Shown: positions 35,800 through 44,562 of the stretch, in pieces
Layout of the letters: each line of letters starts with the position of its first letter
How positions within the stretch are numbered: the stretch's first letter is position 1
Source of the DNA: an uncultured Eubacteriales bacterium
GTDB lineage: Bacteria > Bacillota > Clostridia > Oscillospirales > Acutalibacteraceae
Length of the DNA: 53,597 nucleotides
Direction: 5' to 3'
Assembly (NCBI GenBank): GCA_964490085.1
Contig: CAZBAO010000002.1
Location: forward strand, 1-53,597
Translations under genes and position numbers: made by a program
The notes under the pieces: generated by a model
The model's input: the letters and a program-made list of their open reading frames with translations, nothing else
What the model was told of the DNA's origin: nothing
Database searches by the model: none

Positions 35800-38226
35800 T
35801 TACAGATTATGCAGGTATTTATAAACAAATTTTTTCCCTTTTGTCAGATCGGCATAGATTGCGTTCGAGTAGGCACGCAGCTCTTTCAGGATCTCGTTCG
35901 CTTCCTCTACGGTGGCGGGTGCTTGAGAATACGTGTGCTTCAACAACACGTTGAAGATATGTTGCAGCATATACACGCCGATATACGTACTCCGAGTTCC
36001 GATATACTCGGCAAGCGCCGCATGATCGTACGTATTGCCGATCTTGATCTTTTGATACCTCGCGAGCGCAACCAAATACTTATAGGCGTACTTCAGCTTT
36101 GCATCGACGTCGCCCGAAGCATATACACGTTTTCTCCGCAAAACGATAACCAGATGGATCACAAAAAGGGTCGCCGCGGCGACGACCAGAAGCAGCGGAA
36201 TAGCCGCCAGAAGCCAAAGCGGGTTTATGTCGGCAGGGGGATCGAACTCTTCATCGACGTCGTTCTCAACATCCTCCTCGACAATATCAACGTTCGTATT
36301 GATCTGTTCCTCGGAGCTTGGGGGAGTGTCGGTTTCGGGCGGTTCTTCTTCCTGCGAATCGGACGACAGCTCGGGCTGACTGAAATCGCCGCTCCAATAT
36401 CCCGGTGTTACCTCCACGGGGATCCAGCCGTACGTTTCGTCAAAAACCTCGATCCACGCATGTGCATACTGATCGGTAATATCAATGGTTTTATACCCCT
36501 GCATACGGTCAGACGGTGTGTTGTTGAATACGTCAACGGGGATATAATATCCCTCAATATAACGGGTGGCATACCCTCTCGCCTGTAACAGTACGGCTGC
36601 GGCAGAGGCAAAATGCGTGCTGTATCCTTTTTTCGTGTTAAAAAGGAAGTTTTCAACGAAGTCGATGCCCTCAGGGCACTTTCCCGAAAGCATGGTGTGC
36701 TCCATGTTTTCTTCCAGATACGCGCGCACCTTGTTGATATACTCGTACTTGTCCGCCGCTTCAAAGCTCATGGCAAGCGCTTTGACCCGATCGGTCGTCT
36801 GCGACTTGACGTATTCCTGATTAACAAACTCCGCATATCGGGCGAACGCTGCTTGAAAGTCTTCTTTTTGATAGCTGATCGAGCTTGGAACCATGGCAAG
36901 ATAGCGTTCCGAAAGAAAAGCGGGATAAGAATACTCGGACTTTTTTGTGGGTGCCACGTAGCTGTCGTAAACGGGCTCGTAATCCGAAAAATTCGCAAAA
37001 TACGTTTCATAAGCGTACGGCTTTTTGCGTCGGAAATTGCTCATGGTAATATCCGAAAAGTACTTCGTCGTAAATTCGGGACTGCTGATCGCCAAAAAGC
37101 CCGTGTTGACGCCCATCATATACGCCGCATAACCAGTTTCCTTAAACTCGTCAAACATGGCTTGATATTTATCGTATTGATCGGTCTGATTCCAACAATT
37201 CTCCTTATATATCGTGGCGGTAAACCCCTTGATCTTTATGGGTTCCTCGGTGGAGCTGACGGTAGTTGTCATAGTCATATAATGTCTGTTTTTGATGACG
37301 CGGTCGTCCACCTTATACAGCTTTCCGTCTTTGAGACTTCCGTCATGATCTTCCCCTGTGATGTAATCCACGATATCTGCATATGCGACCTTAATGCTGC
37401 GCCGTAACACGTCCGTCGATTCGGCACGGGTAAAATCGATCGCGTTAAGATACGTGGTAACGGCAGTAAATAACAATACGACCGACAGGGCTATCACAAC
37501 GGCAATGCCCGCAAACTTTTGCGTGCTTCCGCCGATATTCGTTTTCTGCTTCTCACCGTTTGAGCGGCGTACTTTTATTTTGGCGTTTGATACCCGAGAA
37601 ACGGTAAGCGATGCCGCCCACGAAGCCAACATCATCGAAAAATATGTGTAATTCGGAACGGCTCCGAAAGCTGCACCAATCTCAAAAAACGGGAATGTCA
37701 ACAAGAAGATCGCGATAAACCGTTGCTTTACCACCGTAAAATAGCCGATTGCCGCGCAAAGCACCCCGGATAACAAAACCAGGACGAAATTGGTAAGCGT
37801 AAAAAAGTCATCCCGCCACTCGTATGTCGGTACAAACTCTTGCCATTGCATGGAGCTGTATATCGCGATCCTCGCCTGTTCAACAAGGATCGCAACGCCT
37901 TCGGAAACGTTCTTCCAAAACAGCAACGCAATAAGACCCGCTACCGCCGCGGCTCCCACGATAACGAGGTAGTGCCGCTTCTTAACGAGCTTATACAAAA
38001 CCGTATAGATCACCGAAAACGCAACGATCGACGTGACCGCAACGCTCGGTACGATCTTGAGATCCAGAATCGTGACAAACGTCATGATTGCGCCGACAGC
38101 AGCGATCATAACAAGCAAGCACAGCATGAGATCACTGAAAAACGGGATCTTGATCCGCTCGTTTGCCTCGACCTCATAGGAGAACGAGACTCCGCTGCCG
38201 GTCGCCGGTTTGTGTTTGTTTTTCAT
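35800..38226 (-). CDS. Polytopic membrane protein with a transglutaminase-like core domain (TgpA-like), acidic linker and C-terminal TM plus cytoplasmic tail
   Basis: KGYSTHFASAAAVLLQARGYATRYIEGYY ... HAWIEVF....GWIPVEVTP aligns to the transglutaminase core. The start is set to MKNKHK (GGGAG RBS). Confidence 0.8.
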   Translation of the reverse strand: MKNKHKPATGSGVSFSYEVEANERIKIPFFSDLMLCLLVMIAAVGAIMTFVTILDLKIVPSVAVTSIVAFSVIYTVLYKLVKKRHYLVIVGAAAVAGLIALLFWKNVSEGVAILVEQARIAIYSSMQWQEFVPTYEWRDDFFTLTNFVLVLLSGVLCAAIGYFTVVKQRFIAIFLLTFPFFEIGAAFGAVPNYTYFSMMLASWAASLTVSRVSNAKIKVRRSNGEKQKTNIGGSTQKFAGIAVVIALSVVLLFTAVTTYLNAIDFTRAESTDVLRRSIKVAYADIVDYITGEDHDGSLKDGKLYKVDDRVIKNRHYMTMTTTVSSTEEPIKIKGFTATIYKENCWNQTDQYDKYQAMFDEFKETGYAAYMMGVNTGFLAISSPEFTTKYFSDITMSNFRRKKPYAYETYFANFSDYEPVYDSYVAPTKKSEYSYPAFLSERYLAMVPSSISYQKEDFQAAFARYAEFVNQEYVKSQTTDRVKALAMSFEAADKYEYINKVRAYLEENMEHTMLSGKCPEGIDFVENFLFNTKKGYSTHFASAAAVLLQARGYATRYIEGYYIPVDVFNNTPSDRMQGYKTIDITDQYAHAWIEVFDETYGWIPVEVTPGYWSGDFSQPELSSDSQEEEPPETDTPPSSEEQINTNVDIVEEDVENDVDEEFDPPADINPLWLLAAIPLLLVVAAATLFVIHLVIVLRRKRVYASGDVDAKLKYAYKYLVALARYQKIKIGNTYDHAALAEYIGTRSTYIGVYMLQHIFNVLLKHTYSQAPATVEEANEILKELRAYSNAIYADLTKGKKFVYKYLHNL

Positions 38227-38251
38227 GATAACTCCCATCACGTAAGATCCG

Positions 38252-39436
38252 TTACAAAACCGCGGCGTTAAGATACTCGCCGATACGGCTTTTTTTAACG
38301 GAAATTATATTGAGCTCCTCGCCCGCCATATCAATGTCCATGGCGTCGTCATCAACGACATTGATGACCGTATACAGCAAGGCGTCATTTTTGCGCGCCG
38401 ACAACGCGGCGCACTGCTCCGCCGTCATATCGGCGCCAATATATACGACGTGCGACACATTTTGCAGCATATCCGCATCCGCTCCCGCCAAAACGGGGGT
38501 ATCGTAGTAACGGGACGTGTTAAAGATCGCACCGAACACCGCATAGAGATCGTCAAGGTCGTTTATTTTCTGAGAACAAACCTTATCTGCCTCAGCGTTA
38601 TAATACCCAATGGCTTGTAAGGTCTTTCGCTCGACAAAAACGTGTGAAAGCGAGAATGCGACCTCCAACACCGCATCAACCAGATCCAGATCCGCCTCTT
38701 GCCCACCGTCAAAAAGAAGTTCAGGTAAGATTAAAACCGACTCGTTTATCGGCAAGCTAAAATCCTTCACGATGTATTTGTCCTGTTTTGAGGTCAATTT
38801 CCAATGAATGCGATTGATCTTATCGCCTTCAACGTACTCGCGGACGGCAAACACCTCGGACGGGTCATCACCGGGCTTGTGCTTAGAATACATCGTCGCC
38901 TCGCTTGCGGTATAATTGTTTCTCCGCAACGTCGGCTCGATCGTGTGAACCCGAGGCAGGAACGAAACGGAAATCGTCTTTTTCATCCTGACCGGCAGAG
39001 AAAACAAGCCCAAATAATCCAAAACGCGCGCCTTTTTAAAGAAAACGTCTATCCGCCCCGCATGGCGCGAATGCATCTTGATCTCATAACGGTTTTTGGA
39101 AAACGGCGGTGCGAAGAAATTAAACTCGCCGACGTCCGATTGTTGGAAGAACATGTTTTTATAAGTGGCAAATACCTTGATTTGCGAAACGGGCAACGGC
39201 GAATAGTTCGCTATCACAAGCGAGAGCTTCGCCGTTTCACCGCACAAGCAAACACTGTGCCCCGTCTCGACGGTGACGCGAATACCGAGGCGCATCAAAA
39301 AGACAAGGGCTAAAAGGAGCAACGGTATCGCCAGCACGACCAAGAACAGGATCAAGGAAAGCGGATCGCGGTACAGGATAAAAAAAGCACCCGAAACGAT
39401 CGCGATCGCCAAATATATCAATTTTTCCTTCGTCAT
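38252..39436 (-). CDS. DUF58-family protein (vWA-like, two N-terminal TM)
   Basis: REYVEGDKINRIHWKLTSKQDKYIVKDF is the DUF58 signature. Its start abuts the MoxR stop (TAAATG). Confidence 0.8.
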   Translation of the reverse strand: MTKEKLIYLAIAIVSGAFFILYRDPLSLILFLVVLAIPLLLLALVFLMRLGIRVTVETGHSVCLCGETAKLSLVIANYSPLPVSQIKVFATYKNMFFQQSDVGEFNFFAPPFSKNRYEIKMHSRHAGRIDVFFKKARVLDYLGLFSLPVRMKKTISVSFLPRVHTIEPTLRRNNYTASEATMYSKHKPGDDPSEVFAVREYVEGDKINRIHWKLTSKQDKYIVKDFSLPINESVLILPELLFDGGQEADLDLVDAVLEVAFSLSHVFVERKTLQAIGYYNAEADKVCSQKINDLDDLYAVFGAIFNTSRYYDTPVLAGADADMLQNVSHVVYIGADMTAEQCAALSARKNDALLYTVINVVDDDAMDIDMAGEELNIISVKKSRIGEYLNAAVL

Positions 39437-40402
39437 TTACACTCTTCCCTGTGATACCGTCGGTGCAGGAACTTTTTCAAGCACACCGGTTAAAACTTCC
39501 TCTACCGAAAGACCGGCTATCTTAGCCTTAGGGCTTAAAACGACCCTGTGAGCCGCAACGTCGCGGAATATGTACGCAACGTCATCGGGAATAACGAAAT
39601 CTCTGCCGCGAAGGAACGCGACGGCACGCGAAAGTCTTGTGAGAGTAAGCGTTCCGCGAGGACTGATTCCAAGCTTGAACATTTCGTTTTTACGGGTCTC
39701 ATCCGCGATGGCGGCAATATAGTCGTATATTCTGTCGTGGGTATAAACGCCCTTAACGACCCCCCGCATAGCCTTGATAGCGTTCTTATCCGCAACGGGC
39801 TTTACCAACTCAAGCGGGTTTTTATCCTGTCTGTCCTTGAGGAGAGTGACCTCGTCCTCGATGGAGGGATACCCCATGGAAACGCAGATCATAAATCTGT
39901 CGAGCTGTGAGTCGGGGAGCATTTGTGTTCCGACAGAGCCGATAGGGTTCTGCGTTGCGATCACAACGTACGGATCGGGCAACGGATGCTCTACACCGTC
40001 AACGGTGACCTTTCCCTCCTCCATCAGCTCAAGAAGTGCTGACTGGGTCTTTGATGAGGTTCTGTTTATCTCATCGGCAAGGAACAGGTTACACACGGCA
40101 ACGCCCTCCTTGTATTGGAAGGTGTCCGTCTTTTTGTCGTAGACCGTAAAGCCGGTAACGTCGGAGGGCAACACGTCGGGCGTGAACTGAAGTCTGTGAT
40201 AATCCATACTGGTAGCACGCGAAAAAGCAAGAGCCAGCGTTGTTTTGCCGACACCGGGAATATCGTCAAGCAGAACGTGCCCTCCCGCCAGAGTGGCGGC
40301 GAGTATCTTGGTGATAACCTCGTCTTTACCCAAAACGACGGAGCGGATCTCCTCCTGGATCTTAAGCGCCGTTTCATAATACTTGTAATACCCTTTTTCC
40401 AT
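39437..40402 (-). CDS. MoxR-family AAA+ ATPase
   Basis: GHVLLDDIPGVGKTTLA (Walker A), NLFLADEINR (Walker B) and VIATQNP. 321 aa. Confidence 0.9.
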   Translation of the reverse strand: MEKGYYKYYETALKIQEEIRSVVLGKDEVITKILAATLAGGHVLLDDIPGVGKTTLALAFSRATSMDYHRLQFTPDVLPSDVTGFTVYDKKTDTFQYKEGVAVCNLFLADEINRTSSKTQSALLELMEEGKVTVDGVEHPLPDPYVVIATQNPIGSVGTQMLPDSQLDRFMICVSMGYPSIEDEVTLLKDRQDKNPLELVKPVADKNAIKAMRGVVKGVYTHDRIYDYIAAIADETRKNEMFKLGISPRGTLTLTRLSRAVAFLRGRDFVIPDDVAYIFRDVAAHRVVLSPKAKIAGLSVEEVLTGVLEKVPAPTVSQGRV

Positions 40403-40452
40403 AATATCTCTCCTCTTTATAAAAATACCCAGTATAAAAGCATTCCGTTTTA

Positions 40453-41241
40453 TTACGTTCCCAGCAGCGTCATGTGACAGATCCCCGCAAAATCACGGAT
40501 CCAATAGCTCGCCAACAAATACCACGGCGTGTGTGCCGTGACCGCACCGGAAACCGTCAGCCCCGCCCGTTTTGCAAACTGTTGGGCGCGGAACTGGTGA
40601 AATTCCTGCGTGACGATCGCAACCTCCGCACTTAGCCCGTACTGCTGGATCAGCTCACGGGAAAGACGGATGTTCTCGAATGTACTGGTCGAGCGTTCCT
40701 CCCTATAAATACGCGCGGGATCGATCCCTTTATCGATCAAATAGGTTTGCATAACACGGGCCTCGGTACAGATCTCATCCTCGCCCTGTCCGCCGGATAC
40801 GATGCACACGGCATCCGGATGCTCGACTAAATACGCATACGCCGCTTCCAACCGTCCGCGCAGCAACTCACTCGGCTGATCCCCGCGCAAGGCGGCACCC
40901 AACACAATGAGGGTCGCCCTCTCGCTCGGTTTCTTGTTACACGCACCGATCATGCAGACCGATAGGCCGATAAACAACAGCACCAAGGCACTGACGATTC
41001 CCGCAGCACTGCACAGCACCGCCCGCCCCGCCCCGCTTTGCCATGCGCGGCAGAAAAAAGCGGCAAGCTGCGGAAACGCGATGCACGAAATAAACCCAAG
41101 CGTGCCGACAAGGATCATCGTCAGGCAACCGGAATGAAAGCGACCGGTAAACGACGGCAAGATCCCCCACACACAAATACATAGACAGACCACCGCAACG
41201 AGGACCCGCCACGTGATTCCGAGTCCGCTTGTTCCGGGCAT
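40453..41241 (-). CDS. Membrane-anchored YdcF/SanA/ElyC (DUF218) family protein
   Basis: Four N-terminal TM helices followed by LIVLGAAL.GD.PS..L..RL, IVSGGQG and IVT..FH..R. Confidence 0.75.
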   Translation of the reverse strand: MPGTSGLGITWRVLVAVVCLCICVWGILPSFTGRFHSGCLTMILVGTLGFISCIAFPQLAAFFCRAWQSGAGRAVLCSAAGIVSALVLLFIGLSVCMIGACNKKPSERATLIVLGAALRGDQPSELLRGRLEAAYAYLVEHPDAVCIVSGGQGEDEICTEARVMQTYLIDKGIDPARIYREERSTSTFENIRLSRELIQQYGLSAEVAIVTQEFHQFRAQQFAKRAGLTVSGAVTAHTPWYLLASYWIRDFAGICHMTLLGT

Positions 41242-41274
41242 GGCACGTCCTCCTTTTTTAGTGAATCTGTCACA

Positions 41275-41312
41275 CTAAAAAAGCGGCGCCGAGAAAAGTG
41301 CCGGAGCCGCTT
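41275..41312 (-). terminator. Intrinsic terminator after serA
   Basis: The minus strand has a hairpin AGCGGCTCCGG...CCGGCGCCGCT-type stem (one mismatch) followed by T6. Confidence 0.55.
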
Positions 41313-41324
41313 TAAATGGTTTAC

Positions 41325-42482
41325 TTAGATTTTACGAACGCGAACGACGCCCTCAACTGCTTTGATACCGTCGATCACACTTTGCGGTAAGTCGCCGATG
41401 ATATCCAGCACCGTATACGCGTTGTCCTTTTTGGAACGGTTAGTCATCGTTTCAATGTTGACACCCGCCTCCGATACGACCGCGCTGATCTGCGCGAGCA
41501 TATTCGGGATGTTGCGGTGCAACACACAAATGCGCACGTCGCCGCTCTTGGCAACGTCCATAGCGGGGAAGTTGACCGAGTTGCGGATAACGCCCTGCTC
41601 CAGATACGCCTTGAGCTCGTCCGCCGCCATCATCGCACAGTTGTCCTCGCTCTCGGGCGTGGATGCACCGAGGTGCGGGATCGCGATGACGTTGTCGACA
41701 CACAGCATATCGTCAGACGGGAAATCCACCACGTACGCGGCGACCTTTCCTTTTGCCAGAGCGGCGCGCATCGCCTCACCGTCGACGAGCTCGCCGCGGG
41801 CGAAGTTGAGGATGCGCACGCCGTCCTTCATCGCGGCGATGCTGTCCTTGCCGATCATACCGCGCGTACCGTCGTTGAGCGGCACGTGGACGGTGATGTA
41901 GTCACATTCCGCGTAGATCTGCTCCAGATTCGCTGCATGATGGATGGAACGCGACAAGCTCCACGCCGCATCCACCGACAGGTACGGGTCGTAGCCGTAC
42001 ACTTCCATACCCAGAGATTTAGCAGCGTTGGCCACTAAGATGCCGATAGCACCCAGACCCACGACGCCGAGCTTTTTACCGAGAATCTCGGGGCCTGCGA
42101 ACTGACCCTTGCCTTTTTCGACCAGCTTGCCGACCTCAGCGCCCTGGCCTTTGAGCGTCTTTGCCCACTCAATGGCGGGAACGACCTTACGGGACGACAG
42201 CAGCAGACCCGCGATCACTAACTCCTTCACCGCGTTCGCGTTGGCACCGGGGGTGTTGAACACCACGATACCGGCATCGCTGCAGCGATCCAACGGGATG
42301 TTGTTGACGCCCGCGCCCGCTCTGGCAACCGCCAGCAGCGAGGACGGGAATTCCATATCGTGCATCGCAGCGGAGCGAACCAGTACGCCGACCGGCTCCG
42401 CGACCGCGTCACCGACGGTGTAGTCAGCACCCAGACGATCGGTGCCGCACGCGGCGATCTTATTCAGTGTTAAGATGTTCAT
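41325..42482 (-). CDS. serA: D-3-phosphoglycerate dehydrogenase with C-terminal ACT domain
   Basis: GVVGLGAIG (NAD fold), a 2-hydroxyacid dehydrogenase catalytic region, PHLGAST, and an ACT-like tail. The start MNILTL is preceded by AAGGAG. Confidence 0.9.
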   Translation of the reverse strand: MNILTLNKIAACGTDRLGADYTVGDAVAEPVGVLVRSAAMHDMEFPSSLLAVARAGAGVNNIPLDRCSDAGIVVFNTPGANANAVKELVIAGLLLSSRKVVPAIEWAKTLKGQGAEVGKLVEKGKGQFAGPEILGKKLGVVGLGAIGILVANAAKSLGMEVYGYDPYLSVDAAWSLSRSIHHAANLEQIYAECDYITVHVPLNDGTRGMIGKDSIAAMKDGVRILNFARGELVDGEAMRAALAKGKVAAYVVDFPSDDMLCVDNVIAIPHLGASTPESEDNCAMMAADELKAYLEQGVIRNSVNFPAMDVAKSGDVRICVLHRNIPNMLAQISAVVSEAGVNIETMTNRSKKDNAYTVLDIIGDLPQSVIDGIKAVEGVVRVRKI

Positions 42483-42495
42483 GATATTTCTCTCC

Positions 42496-43581
42496 TTATG
42501 CGTTGGCTTCTTCAAAAGCCTTCATAAACGCAACCAACTTCTCGACACCCTCGACCGGCATGGCGTTGTAGATGGAAGCGCGCATACCGCCGACCGAACG
42601 GTGACCCTTCAGGTTGACAAAACCGGCGGCAGTCGCTTCCTTAACGAACTTCGCATCCAGCTCCTCGTCACCGGTGACGAACGGCACGTTCATCAGCGAA
42701 CGGTCCTTCTTCTCAACCGTACCCTTGAACAGCTTGGAAGAATCGAGGAAGTCGTACAAAATAGCCGCCTTTTTCTCGTTGATGGCTTTCATCTTCTCTA
42801 AGCCGCCGATCTCGTTCTTCACCCACTCCAACACCAGCTTGCAGATGTAGATGGTGTAACAGGGCGGGGTATTGAACATCGAATCGTTATCTGCATGGGT
42901 CTGGTAGTTGAACATCGTGGGGGTGATCTCCTGTGCGTTGCCGATAAGATCCTCGCGCACGATCGCCACCGTCAAGCCGGCAGGTGCCATATTCTTCTGC
43001 GCACCCGCATACAGCACGCCAAAGCGCGACACGTCGATCGGCTCGGACAGGATGCAGGACGAAATATCCGCGACCAGCGGCACGTCGCCTGTCTCGGGCA
43101 GCTTAGTGAACTTCGTGCCGTAAATGGTGTTGTTCATGCAGATGTGGAAATAATCCGCATCCTTTGTGAACTCCGCCTCATCCCACTCAGGGATATAGGA
43201 GAACGTCTTATCCTTCGAGCTGGCAATGACCTTTGCCTCACCGTAACGGGCAGCCTCTTTGTAAGCCTTGGTCGCCCACTGACCGGTCAGGATGAAGTCC
43301 GCCTTGCCGCTCTTGTTCATGAGGTTGAGCGGAACCATCGCAAACTGCGAGGACGCGCCACCCTGCAGGAACAGCACCTTGTAGTTATCCGGAATGTTCA
43401 TGACCTCACGCAGAAGAGCCTCACACTCCTTGATGATGGCATCGTACGTTTTCGATCGATGCGACATTTCCATAACGGATTGACCGGATCCCTGATAATC
43501 CAGCATCTCCTCTGCCGCACGCTTCAAAACACTTTCCGGCAGCACGGAAGGGCCGGCCGAAAAATTGTATACTCTTGCCAT
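42496..43581 (-). CDS. serC: Phosphoserine aminotransferase
   Basis: VYNFSAGPS, FLQGGAS.QF and GG.RAS.YNA motifs. Confidence 0.95.
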   Translation of the reverse strand: MARVYNFSAGPSVLPESVLKRAAEEMLDYQGSGQSVMEMSHRSKTYDAIIKECEALLREVMNIPDNYKVLFLQGGASSQFAMVPLNLMNKSGKADFILTGQWATKAYKEAARYGEAKVIASSKDKTFSYIPEWDEAEFTKDADYFHICMNNTIYGTKFTKLPETGDVPLVADISSCILSEPIDVSRFGVLYAGAQKNMAPAGLTVAIVREDLIGNAQEITPTMFNYQTHADNDSMFNTPPCYTIYICKLVLEWVKNEIGGLEKMKAINEKKAAILYDFLDSSKLFKGTVEKKDRSLMNVPFVTGDEELDAKFVKEATAAGFVNLKGHRSVGGMRASIYNAMPVEGVEKLVAFMKAFEEANA

Positions 43582-43616
43582 GATTCATTCCTCCAAAGAA
43601 AAAGTAAATTATTATT

Positions 43617-43645
43617 ATTGTACTCCCATTTGACAGAATAGTCAA
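43617..43645 (-). promoter_or_regulatory. Candidate sigma-A promoter for serC-serA (TTGACT, 17 nt, TACAAT)
   Basis: Minus-strand hexamers at 43645-43640 and 43622-43617. Confidence 0.5.
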
Positions 43646-43661
43646 CTGAAAAGTTCGCATC

Positions 43662-43679
43662 TTGTGAATTTTTTCACAA
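43662..43679. promoter_or_regulatory. Perfect 18-bp palindrome TTGTGAA-TTTT-TTCACAA (Rex-operator / CRP-FNR-type site)
   Basis: Read directly in the sequence. It lies between the two divergent promoters. Confidence 0.6.
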
Positions 43680-43688
43680 GGGTTTTCC

Positions 43689-43717
43689 TTGCATATTGAC
43701 GCGTTTTCCAGTATACT
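43689..43717 (+). promoter_or_regulatory. Candidate sigma-A promoter for the DRTGG/hydrogenase-like operon (TTGCAT, 17 nt, TATACT)
   Basis: Hexamers at 43689-43694 and 43712-43717. Confidence 0.5.
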
Positions 43718-43758
43718 GAAAATAAGACTTGATTCTTGTAAAAAAGGTGGAATGATCA

Positions 43759-44106
43759 ATGACCATTGCAGATGTTCAAAAGACCCTGAAGGCCGAGCTC
43801 GTATGCGGCAACGACCTGACCGCCGAGGTGCAAAACGCCTGCGGCAGTGATATGATGAGCGACGTGCTCGCGTTCGTCAAGGATCAGTCCGTCCTGCTGT
43901 CGGGTCTCGTCAATACACAGGTGGTGCGCACCGCCGAAATGATGGATATGCTGTGTGTCGTGTTCGTGCGCGGCAAGGAGCCGACTGCCGAAATGATCGA
44001 GCTCGCCGAGGAGTTCGGCATCGTATTGATGAAAACTCCGCTTCGGATGTTCACCGCCTGCGGTCTGCTGTATGAAAGCGGTCTGCACGGCGGTGACGAG
44101 ATATGA
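43759..44106 (+). CDS. DRTGG-domain protein (1 of 2)
   Basis: 115 aa reading GSDMMSDVLAF...LLSGLVNTQVVRTAEMMDM..VVFVRGK.P...., typical of stand-alone DRTGG proteins. Confidence 0.75.
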   Translation: MTIADVQKTLKAELVCGNDLTAEVQNACGSDMMSDVLAFVKDQSVLLSGLVNTQVVRTAEMMDMLCVVFVRGKEPTAEMIELAEEFGIVLMKTPLRMFTACGLLYESGLHGGDEI

Positions 44107-44115
44107 GGTGATCGT

Positions 44116-44532
44116 TTGAAACTGCATTACGAAGTTTCCGGTGATGATTTCACCCGCGCGGGTGAAGCGTCCGGCGCCGTCAAAGCCACGTTAAAACGTT
44201 TAGGGTTCCCCGCCGACGTGATCCGCCGCGTCGCGATCGCGATGTATGAGGGCGAGATCAACATGGTCATTCACGCCGACGGCGGTATTGCGGACGTGGA
44301 GATTGAGCCCGACCGTATCGTCGTGACGCTTAGCGACCGCGGCCCCGGTATTCCGGACGTAGAAAAGGCCATGCAAGAAGGCTTCTCCACCGCGCCCGAA
44401 AACGTGCGTAATTTAGGCTTCGGTGCCGGTATGGGCTTGCCCAATATCAAACGCTATACCGATGATCTTGCCATTGATACCGAGATCGGAAAAGGCACTT
44501 GTATTCGCATGACGATCAACGTGCCCTCTTAG
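44116..44532 (+). CDS. GHKL ATPase, anti-sigma-factor-type Ser/Thr kinase-like (RsbW/SpoIIAB fold)
   Basis: N-box EGEINMVIHA, G1 DRGPGI and G2 GFGAGMGLPN. TTG start with GAGGTG 5 nt upstream. Confidence 0.8.
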   Translation: MKLHYEVSGDDFTRAGEASGAVKATLKRLGFPADVIRRVAIAMYEGEINMVIHADGGIADVEIEPDRIVVTLSDRGPGIPDVEKAMQEGFSTAPENVRNLGFGAGMGLPNIKRYTDDLAIDTEIGKGTCIRMTINVPS

Positions 44533-44562
44533 TGTGACATGACTTAACAAGGAGCGTTGCTT

